NCBI RefSeq assembly: GCF_964194155.1 | Contig: NC_135896.1 | Location: 11,966,001-12,030,000 of the forward strand | Origin: Cetorhinus maximus | Taxonomy: Eukaryota | Reading direction: 5' to 3' | Length of the DNA: 64,000 nt | Shown here: in pieces, positions 38,096 through 49,959 of the stretch | How the letters are laid out: every line of letters starts with the position of its first letter | Position numbering within the stretch: position 1 is the stretch's first letter | The notes under the pieces: generated by a model | Database searches by the model: none | What the model was told of the DNA's origin: nothing | Seen by the model: only the letters and a program-made list of their open reading frames with translations | Made by a program: the position numbers and the translations under genes

Positions 38096-39229
38096 CTGGC
38101 ACAAAAGTATTGAAGGGTGATCAAAACCTTGACGATTTAAGAGAAAGCAAATCTCACCTTTTTTTATTCCCTTGCCTTTGCCCCATGTTGAGTGCTATCT
38201 CAGGTCACCAGCCCCTCCAATAAAACATGTCTACTCAATTTTCACAAAAAACCTCCTTGATCGTAATCCTCTCAACCACCTCCAACTTCGACTCCCTCCG
38301 CTACTGATGCACAGTGGCAGCAGTGCGTACCATCCACAAGATACATTGCAGCAACCTGCCAAGGCTCCTTCAACAGCACCTTCCAAACCCATGACCTCTA
38401 CCACCTAGAAGGACAAGGGCACAGGAACATCACCACCTGAAAGTTCCCCTCCAAGCCACACACCATCCTGACTTGGAACTATATCACCATTTCTCCACTA
38501 TTACTGGGTCTAAATCCTGGAACTGCCTAACGGCACTGTGGGTGTACCTACAACACGTGGCTTGCAGCAGTTCAAGAAGGAGGTTACCTACTACCTTCTC
38601 AAGGATAATTAGGGATGGGTAACAAATACTGGTCTTGGTAGCACTGCTCATATCACATGAATTATTTAATAAAAAAACAACTCGCCCAAAGGGAGGTCCC
38701 GACATCGGGTCAAAGAGGGAGTCTTGATAGAGTGGCTGAAGAGCTTCCGCCAGCCACTCTCAGCCACTGTGGAACTCCTTACAAACGCTGTGTGAGTGTT
38801 GCCAACACCGTAACCCTCTCGTTGATCCTTCCTCCTCCCGTTTTAGAGGAGAGGGAGAACTTTATAATGCCCCTAGCGTCCCACAGCTGAGATTGGGGAG
38901 TCTGTGATCATAAACCTAGTTCCTGTAATCTGCCACCCCCTGAAGAACAGGCTTCAATAAAGCCAACTCCCTCTACTGCCAACATTTTACAATATTTTGA
39001 AACTTTCATTTCAAAAGAAAGGAGATGAGCTGTGCTGTTGGGATGGGGAATGCTTCGTCTGAACAGGTGGTGGAAGCTGATTCCATAAATAATTTTAAAA
39101 GGGAGTTGGGCAGGTACTGTGGTGGCAATGGAATCCTGTGTAACCCTAAGCAGCAAAGGTTAGCGATGCAGGAGAAATGATAAAGGTCCCACACATCCAA
39201 CACGGAGAGATTATACCTATCAGGAAGGG

Positions 39230-39640
39230 TTGAACAGGCTGGGGCTCTGCTCCAGAAAAGAAGGCTGATGGCTGGCCTGATAGAGGCCTTTAAGATTATG
39301 GAAGGGTTTGATAAGGTAGATGTAGAGAAGATGTTTCCAATTGTGGAGGGAGCCAAAACTAGCGGCATAAATATAAGACAGTCACAATAAATCCAGTAAG
39401 AGGAACCTCCTCACCGAGAGAGCGGTTAGGATGTGGAACTCGCTACCATGTGGAGTGTTTGAAGTGACTAGCATAAATGCATTTATGAGGAAGCTGGATA
39501 AACACATGAGGGAGAAAGGAATTGAAGAATGTGGTATTAAGGTTACATGAAGTAGGGTGGGAGGAGGTTGAAATGGAGCATAAACAGAAAATGGACCAGT
39601 TGGGTTGAATGCCCTAATTCTGTGCTGTATATTCTAGGAA
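39230..39640 (+). mobile_element. CR1 LINE 3' fragment
   Basis: RRLMAGLIEAFKIMEGFDKVDVEKMFP-like frame followed by CR1 tail. Confidence 0.75.
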
Positions 39641-39657
39641 ATACTAGGTAAACTTAC

Positions 39658-39726
39658 AATCAGAAGGTGACTGGAAACTCCCAGGCCGACTGATCCCAAA
39701 TAAAACACTCGAAGGATCCCTTTTAC
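39658..39726 (-). CDS. VIPAS39: VIPAS39 exon 5
   Basis: cag|GT AAA...GAT T|gtaagt, 69 nt; (G)KRDPSSVLFGISRPGSFQSPSD vs human GRTRPGSFQSLSD. Confidence 0.88.
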
Positions 39727-41287
39727 CTGTGGAATAAAACAGTTCCAAAGTCAGGTGAGTGCAGGACAGCCCGAGACGGACTAACACTTTGGTCCACTTT
39801 CTTTAAAAAAGCCATATTTACCCAGTATCACAATAGTTTACTTTACCGCAGTAACAGAGGTCACAGTATCTTTCTGAATCTCTCATATAGCTGGACACAC
39901 TTTGAAAAGGGATTACCACCCCTTCCTTGTGGTGCAATGCTCATATATGCTGTTAAAAACAGGATCAGAATGACTGCCTACTTGCCACAGATTCACTCCA
40001 AAACGTATTCTGACTCCAGAATCACTGGACAAGTTGAAATACCAAGCACACAGCAGCGATTGGAGTATGCGGTATTCTCCATTCAAAGGCAGCTGCAGTA
40101 AGGATTCCACTTAACTACAGATTGGTCACCCCACCTCCTGCCTGATCTATTCCAGAAAGTCAGGCACTGAAGGATAGAACTGGAGCCAATCTTTACATAC
40201 TTTTATAAGCTTTTATTTACACATTCCAAACACGCACTTCCTAACCTACAGTTTCAGTCTTTCCTTTTTTACCCGAATTCACAGTTAATGCTCTATCTGC
40301 ATACAATTAAACACAATTAATATACAATTAACACCAACCTCCTCAACCAGGATTCCCACTGTTGAATGATATACACAGAGCACTCCTGGGGTGTGTCTGC
40401 ATGCGTGTGGCTGGCGATAAGTTGCAATAATGTGCCTTTAACATAGCAAAATAACCCAATGCGCTTCACGAGCAAAAAAAAAATCAAACAATTTTGACAT
40501 CGAAGCACACAAGGAGATATTAGGAAAGGTCACCAAAAGTGATAGCTTTTCAGGAAAGTCGAAAAGGAAAAGAGAGGTAGAGAGACAGTGAGATTTAGGG
40601 AGGGAATGATGGAGCAATAAATGTCAGGGATATTCAAGAGTTGGATGAGTGTAGATATCCCGGAGGGTTGCAGAGGAGATTAGAGATAGCATGGAGGCAT
40701 TTTATCAAAAGGTTGAGGTAGTTTTAGCTCCCTTTATAGTTGAATAACTTGACGACACGGATCATCATAGCTCACACATGAAGGATGGCATCATGGGTGG
40801 GATATCGGAAGGCATCCAGAGCCTGTGGGTCTGAAAGGGAGTCATGCTGTCAAGGTGTGCTAGCAGAAACCGATAAAGCATATGGATGCATGCCTTGCTT
40901 TCAAAGTAAGGTGCAGTTCAAAGGTGAATGGTGGCCTTCTGAGGCATAACTGCGCAGCTGCCAGAGTGATTCATAGTTTCAAAGCTGAGCAATGGGAAGG
41001 AAAATCTACAAGGGGCCATAGTGAGGGGGGTGGTGTCAGAGAAGAACTTTCCAGCATATTTTCTATTTTCTTCCACTAACAGCCCTGTGTCATGTCTCCC
41101 CCCACCCCCTGAGGAGATTACATGGCTGCAGAGCGGGACTTCAGGGGATACGGTAAGATGTGCCTATTCACAATGCTCCAGCCACCATAAATGAGGGGGC
41201 AGGCTTGATGGGCCTCCTAGTCTTTCCCTGCATTGCAATTTTGTCAGTTCATCTGTAGCACAGTAACGTTCATGAAGCTGCCGCTAC

Positions 41288-41434
41288 CTTTGAAAAAGCT
41301 GCTGAGGGAATACGCAGGGGCAGGCTTGGAAATAGTCGGCTGTGCTGTGTCAGAGAAGGATTTTACAGGTTCCAGGCCTCGGATGTCACCTGCTCGGATC
41401 CCAGTTGCGCTCTCTTTGATTGACCACAAGATAC
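41288..41434 (-). CDS. VIPAS39: VIPAS39 exon 4
   Basis: cag|GT ATC...AAA G|gtagcg, 147 nt; (S)ILWSIKESAT...PAYSLSSFFK. Confidence 0.93.
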
Positions 41435-41699
41435 CTGAGGAAAAGGAAATATATAATTCAGAAGCACATCAGATACTGACGCAGGGATACAAGGTGCATT
41501 TTAGTTGGAAACTTTAATTGCATTCTAAACACTTTGAATACCTTAGCAGCCAATTATATTCCACCCATTTTGCAGATCCCATTATATTCATGATTTAACT
41601 CTGCCTTCTACATTAGAACAGTGAGCACGCTTCAAAAAGTGCTTCATTGGTTGTAAAGCTTTCAGGCATCTGGAAACAAGAGCGTCTTTTCTGTTTCCC

Positions 41700-42007
41700 G
41701 GTTTGGGGGGGTGGGGGGGGGGGGGGGTCCAGGGAAAGAGGGGGTGGGGAGGAGAAGCAAGGGCAGATGAGGGGGGAGGAGCGAGGGCAGGTGAGGGGGG
41801 GATTGAGGGCCGAGGTGGGTGAGGGCGGGGGGGCAAGGGGACAGTGAGTGGGAGGTGAGTGGAAGGTAAGTGGGAGGGTTGGTCGGGGGGGGGGCGGGGG
41901 GGAGAGTGTGATTTGGGGTGGGAGAGAGTGAGATTGTTGGGGGGAAAGAGTGAGGTTATGGGGGGAAAAAAGAATGAGCTTGAGGGAAGGGAGTGAAGTG
42001 GGAGAGA
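41700..42007. repeat. G-rich low-complexity tract
   Basis: Long G runs, purine-rich. Confidence 0.8.
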
Positions 42008-43295
42008 TGTTAGGAAATAGAGACAGTTTAAGTCAGTTACATTTGTATTTTTTGGGTGTTAGCAATGAGTTCTAGCTTTAATGTTTAAGTTTGATTTTTG
42101 TTTCTGTATCTGTGTGTTAAGAAACATCAAAATGAGTTTTAGTTTCACTTTAAAAGGATGCTTGCATTTCTAATGAGGTTTCTATGACTCCTAAGGAGAA
42201 GTTAAAAAAACACAATGGTAGAGAATTGGGCTGTTGCCCAGCAACAGGGGTTCAGAGAGGCAGGTCCCTCCCTCAGACACACACAGAAAAACTAAAGAAA
42301 CAGCAGTTTTAAGTTCAGTTTGAAGCCAAGACCCCAGAGAGACTGGGCACTGGGAAAGGGAACTGCAGATTTCCCAAAAGAGCCAAAAGGTCCCAAATTC
42401 AAAGGAGAGAGATGGAAACAGGGTAAAGTCCCAAGAAGACCTTTTCAACAAAGGGAGGACAGGAACTTGGAAAAGGTCCTGTTAAGAGTGAGGGATAGAG
42501 AGAGGTGCTCCAAGCTTCAGATTTAAAGAGATAAAAGCAGCAGAAAGCAGATTTAAAGCGAGAACAGCTTACAAGAGGCAAGAAGGTCCAAAGAGATGGC
42601 TGAAGGTCCATAACTCTTTGCTATGGGCATGTGAAGCAGTGGTACTGTTGATGGCGGAGTCAATAAGACAGAGTGCTTGGCAGACAGCTTGAATGCAGGT
42701 GGTGAACTAGGGAAAAGGGACATCGGAAGGAGAGTTAGAAACCCTGATTGTGAACCCTTATGGAAGGTGTGCGAGAGAAAGCACTAGTATGGGTGAAGAT
42801 TCCAAGGAAAAGTCTTGGAGAGTGGAGATTGGAAATCCTCATGTCAAAGATGGAGTTCAGTGAGACTGGTTGACTCATGGTGTGACAAGTGTTGGGGGGG
42901 GAGTTGAGAAGAGATCCATAGCATCTGGTTGAGGTTGCATCTGTCACTTGGTTAGAGAGTGTGGGGCGTCTGACCACAGGGTGCCTACTGGTTTAAATGG
43001 ACTATGTACTTAATGTGAATATTAAAGCATAAGATAGCTTTTGTAACTTGTGTTAGCCTTACAAATCTGTATATATCTATAAAGGCACAGTTGTGGGTGA
43101 AAGGTTATTGTAATATAGTTCATCTTTTCTTGTTGAATAAATGTTTTGTTTCTTTTGCTAAAAGTTCATCAGCTGACTCCCGTCACTCTGTTCAGTAGCT
43201 ATCCTCCACACATTGAAACAAACAAAGTAAAAGTTAAGATCGATCAAGCTCGGTTCCACTCTGGGATCAGTCTTGTCCAGCTGGGGATCTTAACA
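42008..43295 (+). mobile_element. Probable solo LTR (Gypsy-type)
   Basis: Begins TGTTA, ends TAACA (terminal inverted pentamer); non-coding; AATAAA at 43136; sharp compositional boundaries with the G-rich flanks; TSD imperfect. Confidence 0.6.
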
Positions 43296-45362
43296 GGGGA
43301 GGGGGGAGAGCGCACGGTGGGGAAAGAAAGAAAGAGAGCGGGGCGGAGGGGGGGGGGGAAAGAGAGCGGGGGCGGAGGGGGGGAAGAGAGCGGGGCGGGG
43401 GAAGAGAGCGGGGCGGGGGGGGGCGGAAAGAGAGCGGGGGGGGGGAGAAAGTGTGTGGGGGGGAGTGTGGGGTGGGGGGGGGGGGGAAAGAGTGTGTGGG
43501 TGGGGGGGGGAAAGAGTGTGGGTGNNNNNNNNNNNNNNNNNNNNNNNNNNNNNNNNNNNNNNNNNNNNNNNNNNNNNNNNNNNNNNNNNNNNNNNNNNNN
43601 NNNNNNNNNNNNNNNNNNNNNNNNNNNNNNNNNNNNNNNNNNNNNNNNNNNNNNNNNNNNNNNNNNNNNNNNNNNNNNNNNNNNNNNNNNNNNNNNNNNN
43701 NNNNNNNNNNNNNNNNNNNNNNNNATCAGTCTTGTCCAGCTGGGGATCTTAACAGGGGAGGGGGGAGAGCGCACGGTGGGGAAAGAAAGAAAGAGAGCGG
43801 GGGCGGAGGGGGGGGGGGGAAAGAGAGCGGGGGCGGAGGGGGGGAAGAGAGCGGGGGCGGGGGGAAGAGAGCGGGGGCGGGGGGGGGCGGAAAGAGAGCG
43901 GGGGGGGGGAGAAAGTGTGGGGGGGAGTGTGGGTGGGTGGGGGGGGGGGAAAGAGTGTGGGTGGGGGGGGGAAAGAGTGTGGGTGGGGGGGGGAAAGAGT
44001 GTGGGTGGGGGGGGGAAAGAGTGTGGGTGGGGGGGGGAAAGAGTGTGGGTGGGGGGGGGAAAGAGTGTGGGTGGGGGGGGGAAAGAGTGTGGGTGGGGGG
44101 GGGAAAGAGTGTGGGTGGGGGGGGGGAAAGAGTGTGGGTGGGGGGGGGAAAGAGTGTGGGTGGGGGGGGGAAAGAGTGTGGGTGGGGGGGGGAAGAGTGT
44201 GGGTGGGGGGGGGGAAGAGTGTGGGTGGGGGGGGGGGAAGAGTGTGGGTGGGGGGGGGAAGAGTGTGGGTGGGGGGGGGAAGAGTGTGGGTGGGGGGGGG
44301 AAGAGTGTGGGTGGGGGGGGGAGAGTGTGGGTGGGGGGGGAAAGAGTGTGGGTGGGGGGGAAAGAGTGTGGGTGGGGGGGGAAAGAGTGTGGGTGGGGGA
44401 GGGAAAGAGTGTGGGTGTGGGGGGAAAGAGTGTGGGTGTGGGGGGGAAAGAGTGTGGGTGTGGGGGGGAAGAGTGTGGGTGTGGGGGGGAAAGAGTGTGG
44501 GTGGGGGGGGAAAGAGTGTGGGTGTGGGGGGGGGAAAGAGTGTGGGTGTGGGGGGGGGGAGAGTGTGGGTGGGGGGGGGAAGAGTGTGGGTGGGGGGGGA
44601 AAGAGTGTGGGTGGGGGGGGGGAAAGAGTGTGGGTGGGGGGGGGAAGAGTGTGGGTGGGGGGGGGGAAGAGTGTGGGTGGGGGGGGAAAGAGTGTGGGTG
44701 GGGGGGGGGAAAGAGTGTGGGTGGGGGGGGGAAAGAGTGTGGGTGGGGGGGGGGAAAGAGTGTGGGTGGGGGGGGAGAAAGAGTGTGGGTGGGGGGGGGG
44801 AAAGAGTGTGGGTGGGGGGGGGGGGAAGAGTGTGGGTGGGGGGGGGGGGAAGAGTGTGGGTGGGGGGGGGAAGAGTGTGGGTGGGGGGGGGGAAAGAGTG
44901 TGGGTGGGGGGGGAAAGAGTGTGGGGGGGGGGGGGAAAAGAGTGTGGGTGGGGGGGGGGGAAAGAGTGTGGGTGGGGGGGAAGAGTGTGGGTGGGGGGGG
45001 GGGGAAGAGTGTGGGTGGGGGGGGGAAAGAGTGGGTGGGGGGGGAAAGAGTGTGGGTGGGGGGGGGAAAGAGTGTGGGTGGGGGGGGGAAAGAGTGTGGG
45101 TGGGGGGGGGAAAGAGTGTGGGTGGGGGGGGGAAAAGAGTGTGGGTGGGGGGGGGGAAAGAGTGTGGGTGGGGGGGGGGGAAAGAGTGTGGGTGGGGGGG
45201 GGGAAAAGAGTGTGGGTGGGGGGGGGAAAGAGTGTGGGTGGGAGGGGGGAAAGAGTGTGGGGGGGGGGGGAAGAGTGTGGGTGGGGGGGGGAAGAGTGTG
45301 GGTGGGGGGGAGGAAAGAGTGTGAGTGGGGGGGGGAAAAGAGTGTGGGTTGGGGGGGTGGGG
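43296..45362. repeat. ~2-kb G-rich tandem repeat (AAAGAGTGTGGGT + G6-11), interrupted by an assembly gap
   Basis: Dozens of ~20-24-bp units differing mainly in G-run length. Confidence 0.95.
43525..43724. other. Assembly gap (200 N)
   Basis: Run of exactly 200 N. Confidence 0.99.
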
Positions 45363-45400
45363 CGGAAGAGAGTTGGTTTGGTTACAGCTATAGTACTTAC

Positions 45401-45501
45401 TTCCCACTGGCTCCCCGCTCCCAGCTGACCCTCTCTACATCGTCGTCATCATCGTCCACGAAACTGCGGAGGTTGTTCACCGCTCGCTTGGACTCTTTCA
45501 G
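45401..45501 (-). CDS. VIPAS39: VIPAS39 exon 3 (contains apparent +1 G frameshift at 45420-45422)
   Basis: cag|CTG...|gtaagt, 101 nt; [27 protein letters not shown], then SGEPVG only after removing one G. Confidence 0.93.
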
Positions 45502-45699
45502 CTGAAGTGACAATATGACACAAATTATCATGCTTAATGTAACGAACTGTCTAAGTGGCAGCCAAGTATGAAAGGGCGAGAGCAGATAAATTCAAACTTT
45601 GTGGCTCCCCCAATAACCACATACACACACACTTGATAACAGAGTTCCCTGGCCAGTTCTAAAGGATATGAACCCCAAACCAGTTATACTGACTCCATC

Positions 45700-46305
45700 G
45701 CCACTGAACTGGACTAGCCAGATAAATACTGTGGTTACAAGAGCAGGTCAGAGGCTGGGGATTTTGGTGTGAGTAACACACCTCCTGACTCCCCAAAGCC
45801 TGTCCACCATCTACAAGGCACAAGTCAGGAGTGTGCTGGAATACTCTCCACTTGCCTGGATGAGTGCAACTCCAACAACACTAAAGAAGCTTGACACCAT
45901 CCAAGACAAAGCAGCCCACCCGATTGGCATCTCATTCACAAATATTCACTCCCTCCACCGCCGACGCACAGTGGCAGCAGTGTGTACCATCTACTGCAGG
46001 AACTCACCAAGGCTCCTTAGACAGCACCTTCCAAACTCACGACCGCTGCCATCTCGAAGGACAAGGGCAGCAGATGCATGGGAACACCACCACCTGGAAG
46101 TTCCCCTCCAAGCCACTCACCATCCTGACTTGGAACTATATCGCCGCGTCAAAATCCTGGAACTCTGTCCCTAACAGCACTGGTGGGTGTACCTACACCA
46201 CATGGACTGCAGTGGTTCACCACCACTTTCTCAGGGGCAATTAGGGATGGGCAATAAATGCTGACCTAACCAGCAGCACCCACATCCCATGAAAGAAGAA
46301 AAATA
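45700..46305 (+). mobile_element. CR1-like LINE 3' fragment (second family)
   Basis: YKAQVRSVLEYSPLAWMSATPTTLKKLDTIQDKAA RT C-terminus; tail shared with the SINE family; other copies at 38305-38680 (+) and 62015-62200 (-). Confidence 0.8.
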
Positions 46306-46956
46306 CTAGAAAGGGGGAGAGAAAGATGGAGAGTCATTGCATGTTATTCCCTTACTACTCCAATCTGCCAGTCCGGAGACTGCCGTTGTTCGAGGCTTGT
46401 GGGCAGGTCACCTGTGGTTGGTGTCCGAAAAAGGAAAACTCCAAGAGGAAGGCTGTAAAGGATGGGTTAATTTTTAAAAATTGGAATAAATAAGATTATA
46501 TAGACTTTAAACCATTCTCAAGTTATTCTTCAAAATAAGCACATTAAATAAGTAGCTAAACCAAGATCTTGTCTGCCTGTACAGAGACATTTAAGATCTT
46601 ATAATACTGTCCAGAAGAAAATCAAGATGTTCTCCTGGTAACCTGGGCAATGTTCCTCCCTCAATTAACTCCAAAATCAAAAATATTAACTGGTCAAGTA
46701 TCGATTTGGTGTTTGTGGGATCTTGCTGCACACAAATGGGTGCTGTAATCATCTACAGAGATGCCAATGGTTGAGAGAAGTTTGCAATGTCCTGAGGATA
46801 TGAAAAGATGCTACATAATCGCAAGTCCTTTCCTCCATAACGCACTCCTCCCCCGCCAAAAAACAAAGAGGAATGTTAAAACAGGACAGAGCACCTCAAA
46901 ATCAGCTCTCAAAAAATAATCTGATCAGGAATTTTAAATGCAGGCAATTTACTCAC

Positions 46957-47037
46957 CTCATCGTCATCATCAAACATGAAAGCTTTGCATTTTGTGCTAT
47001 TCCAATATTCTTCTTCGTCATTTTTAGTTCTGCTCAT
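46957..47037 (-). CDS. VIPAS39: VIPAS39 first coding exon (exon 2)
   Basis: gcag|ATG...GAG|gtgagt, 81 nt; [27 protein letters not shown] vs human [28 protein letters not shown]. Confidence 0.96.
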
Positions 47038-47074
47038 CTGCAAGTATAATAGATAACCTGAAAAATGTTGCATT

Positions 47075-47460
47075 AACAACTTGCATTTATATAGTACCTT
47101 TAAAGTAATGAAACATCCCAAGGTGCTTCACAGGAGCATTGTAAAGGAAAGTGCGACACAAAGCCACATAAGGAGATAATAGGTCAGATGACTAAAATCT
47201 TGGTCAAAGAGGTAAGTGTCTTAAAGGAGGAAAATGAGGCAGAGACAGAGAGGGGTTTAGGGAGGGTGTTCCAGAGCTTGGAGTCTAGGCAACTGAAGGT
47301 ATGGCCACCAATGGTGGAACAATTATAATTGGGAATCCACAAGAGGCCTGAATTAGGGGAGCACAGATAACTCAAAGGGTTGTGGGGTTTGAGGAGATTA
47401 TTGAGATAGGGAGGGGCAAGGCCATGGAGGGATGAAGGGATTTGAAAACATAAATGAGAA
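47075..47460 (-). mobile_element. L2 LINE 3' fragment
   Basis: SLHGLAPPYLNNLL...FSCLDSKLWNTLPKPL. Confidence 0.78.
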
Positions 47461-48194
47461 CTAATCACAAACGTTTATAAAATACAGGAATTGTTCTCCA
47501 TTTTAAATGCACGCTGAGGTTTCCGCTACTCTTTGCAAAGTCCCACCTGCCAGTTCTCCAATCAGCTTTCAAGTTAGAGTTCATTGCTGACTCAGGAGGA
47601 TTAATGCACCAGTCTGGTTAGCTGATCTCAGCCAAGGCAGCAGTCGAGGCATAGAATTGACCTGAAAGAGCGATATAATCGACCACGACATTGCCCTCCA
47701 AAACCAAACAGCCTACTGACGCTGACTGCCTAGATTCACACTACAACAGGCACTTGGAAACTGGAGGGTAGCCTGTGGGCTATCAGCAAAACTGTAGCTC
47801 AGCGAGGAATCTGACTGCAGGGGGAAGAAAACTGAAATTGGGGACACATGTACCCTTCAGGGGTTGGGAGGGGGGTGAAATTAGGAAGTAGATTTTGGCC
47901 TAGGGTTCAGGAATTCTTCAATATAAAACAAGAGAGAACATTCCCTCACAAAAACAATGGAAGTTTAATGCTGGAAGCTGAGCCTCCAGAAGGGTTTAGC
48001 TGCCATTTAGTGCTGCTGGTTGGCAAAGGCAATCCCAGGACACACAAAACTGACTAGTGTCACTCAGACTCAAACACACTTGGTGGGGAATGACAGGGAA
48101 GAGCCCACTTTTGATTTAAAGCACCACGTAGATCTACTTGTTTGTTTACTACATTCATGTTTACATGTCGAAGGTTAATGCTGTTAGCTCCCTA

Positions 48195-48560
48195 CCCTCA
48201 CTCACTCACTCACCCCTGAATTCACTCACTTCCCTGCATCAGCCTCCCAGGAACAAGCAGCACCGCCCGGTCTGCGCAAGGGCTGCCGGGACTTGTAGTT
48301 TCAAACCGGCCCTCGAACTACAACTCCCGACAGATCTCGCGAGCGCAGGCTTCCGGCGCAACCAAGGCCCAACCGCCGCTTTCGAGACACAGGTGAAGAT
48401 CAATGTCCTGTTCGCGCAGTAGCTAAATCGCAGTTGATTTTGTTCTTCCTTTCGGCGCTTTACAATTCCAGGCTCGTTGACGGGAGTTTCGCTTCAGGGG
48501 TGGGCACTGCGGCTACACAATGGGTGCACCGACGAACTGGTCCCGTGCAGCAGCCAGTGA
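48195..48560. promoter_or_regulatory. CpG-island promoter and probable non-coding exon 1 of VIPAS39
   Basis: Two divergent ACTACANNTCCC motifs (48288-48299 minus, 48317-48328 plus), TCTCGCGAG (48335), CTTCCGG (48350); GTGAGT donors on the minus strand at ~48197-48229. Confidence 0.75.
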
Positions 48561-49108
48561 CCTTTTCCCAAAGGCCGCATGACCAAAGTGCCAGGCTGTC
48601 AGCTGCATGGTCAGTGCCCCTTTCCAAACAGCCTACACTTTTAGCTCAAATTTCTTTTCTTTTATTTCAGGTTTCCAGCATTTTTGTTTCTTTGAAATAA
48701 AGTATTTATCTTCTCCACATTTCCTTCACCTATCCAACTCCAACGTACCGACCGAGACCGGTGAAATGGGCAGACACTTGGCAGATGAAGTTTAGTGAAA
48801 GGAAGTGATTTAGGAACAATCTGTGCTAAGAATCACACTAACAGCCAATTTAAGATTACCAGCCAAACTCACAATGTGCTCACTTACGTTTGCTAGAAGC
48901 TACATATATTCATTAGCAGGTACCTGTCCTCTGCAGGCAAAGGGAACATGTCCAAACACTGTGCCTTTTTTGAATTAAACAAAAGTGTTGGGAGGGGGGG
49001 ACAATAATTCCCTGGTGCATTCTCCATGGCAATGCTTCAACCAATCAGCCACCCTTTTCTCATGCAGTTTAAATTGTTGCAACCTTTGAAATTTGGCATT
49101 CTTACATC

Positions 49109-49142
49109 TATCCTGATGAGTGCAAGATGAAACGCTTCGCCA
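49109..49142 (+). ncRNA. Degenerate minimal hammerhead ribozyme motif in a short repeat
   Basis: CTGATGA-gtgcaagat-GAAA-cgct-TC; stem I degraded; paralogue of 62330-62363. Confidence 0.5.
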
Positions 49143-49169
49143 GCATTTATCTTTTATCAGCAATACTGA

Positions 49170-49575
49170 AGTTCTCAGCACCTTAATTTTAAAATTCTCA
49201 TCCTTGTTTTCAAATCCCTTCATGGCCTTGCCACTCCCTATCTCTGTAATCCCTACAACCCTCTCGAGATATCTGTGATCTACTAATTATGGCCTCCTGC
49301 ATCCCCAATTTTAATTGCTCCACAACTGGTGGTCATGCTTTCATCGTCTAGGCCTTAACCTCTGGAATACCCTCCCTACACCTCTCAACCTAATTTTTCC
49401 TCCTTTACAACACTCCATAAGACCTACCTCTTTGACCAAGCTTTTGGCCACCTGACCTAATATTTTCTTATGTGGCTCGGTATCATACTTTGTTTTATTA
49501 TGCTCCTGCGAAGCGCTTTGGGATGTTTCATTACGTTGAAGGTGCTATATGAATATGTTTTTGTTGTTGTTGTTG
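49170..49575 (+). mobile_element. L2 LINE 3' fragment
   Basis: Same family as 47075-47460 in opposite orientation; (GTT)n tail. Confidence 0.75.
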
Positions 49576-49959
49576 ATATAAGAAAAAAACTTTTTACATA
49601 GTGAATGGTTAGGATCTGGATGCACTGCCAGAGAGTGTGGTTGAGGCAGATTCAATTGTGGCTTTCAAAAGACAATTGGATAAGGATATAAAATATCTGC
49701 AGGTCTATGTGGAAAGAGGATTGGGACTAGCTAAATTGCTCTTGCAGAGAGCTGGCATGAACTTGACCGGCCACATGGCCTCCATGTGTGCTGTCACCAT
49801 CCTATAGTATGATTTTAAATGGGGTGCAGGACAGGGAGATCTGGGCATGTGTGTACACAAAACTTTGAAGGAGGCAGGACAGCATTGTTAAAAGGGAATA
49901 TGGGCTTTTGAATACAAAAGCAATTAAGTTATGCCAAGACTTTATAAAACACTGGTTAA

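Noticed and set aside
39690-39695. Internal AG acceptor giving a human-length VIPAS39 exon 5
   Set aside because: Its use would shift the reading frame.
43146-45505. Very long Gly/Trp/Val-rich and Pro/His/Thr-rich ORFs (up to 760 aa)
   Set aside because: Translation of the G-rich repeat and the N gap; no coding signature.
14830-47037. VIPAS39 as a pseudogene
   Set aside because: Only one lesion, in a homopolymer next to an assembly gap; all other exons, phases and splice sites are intact.
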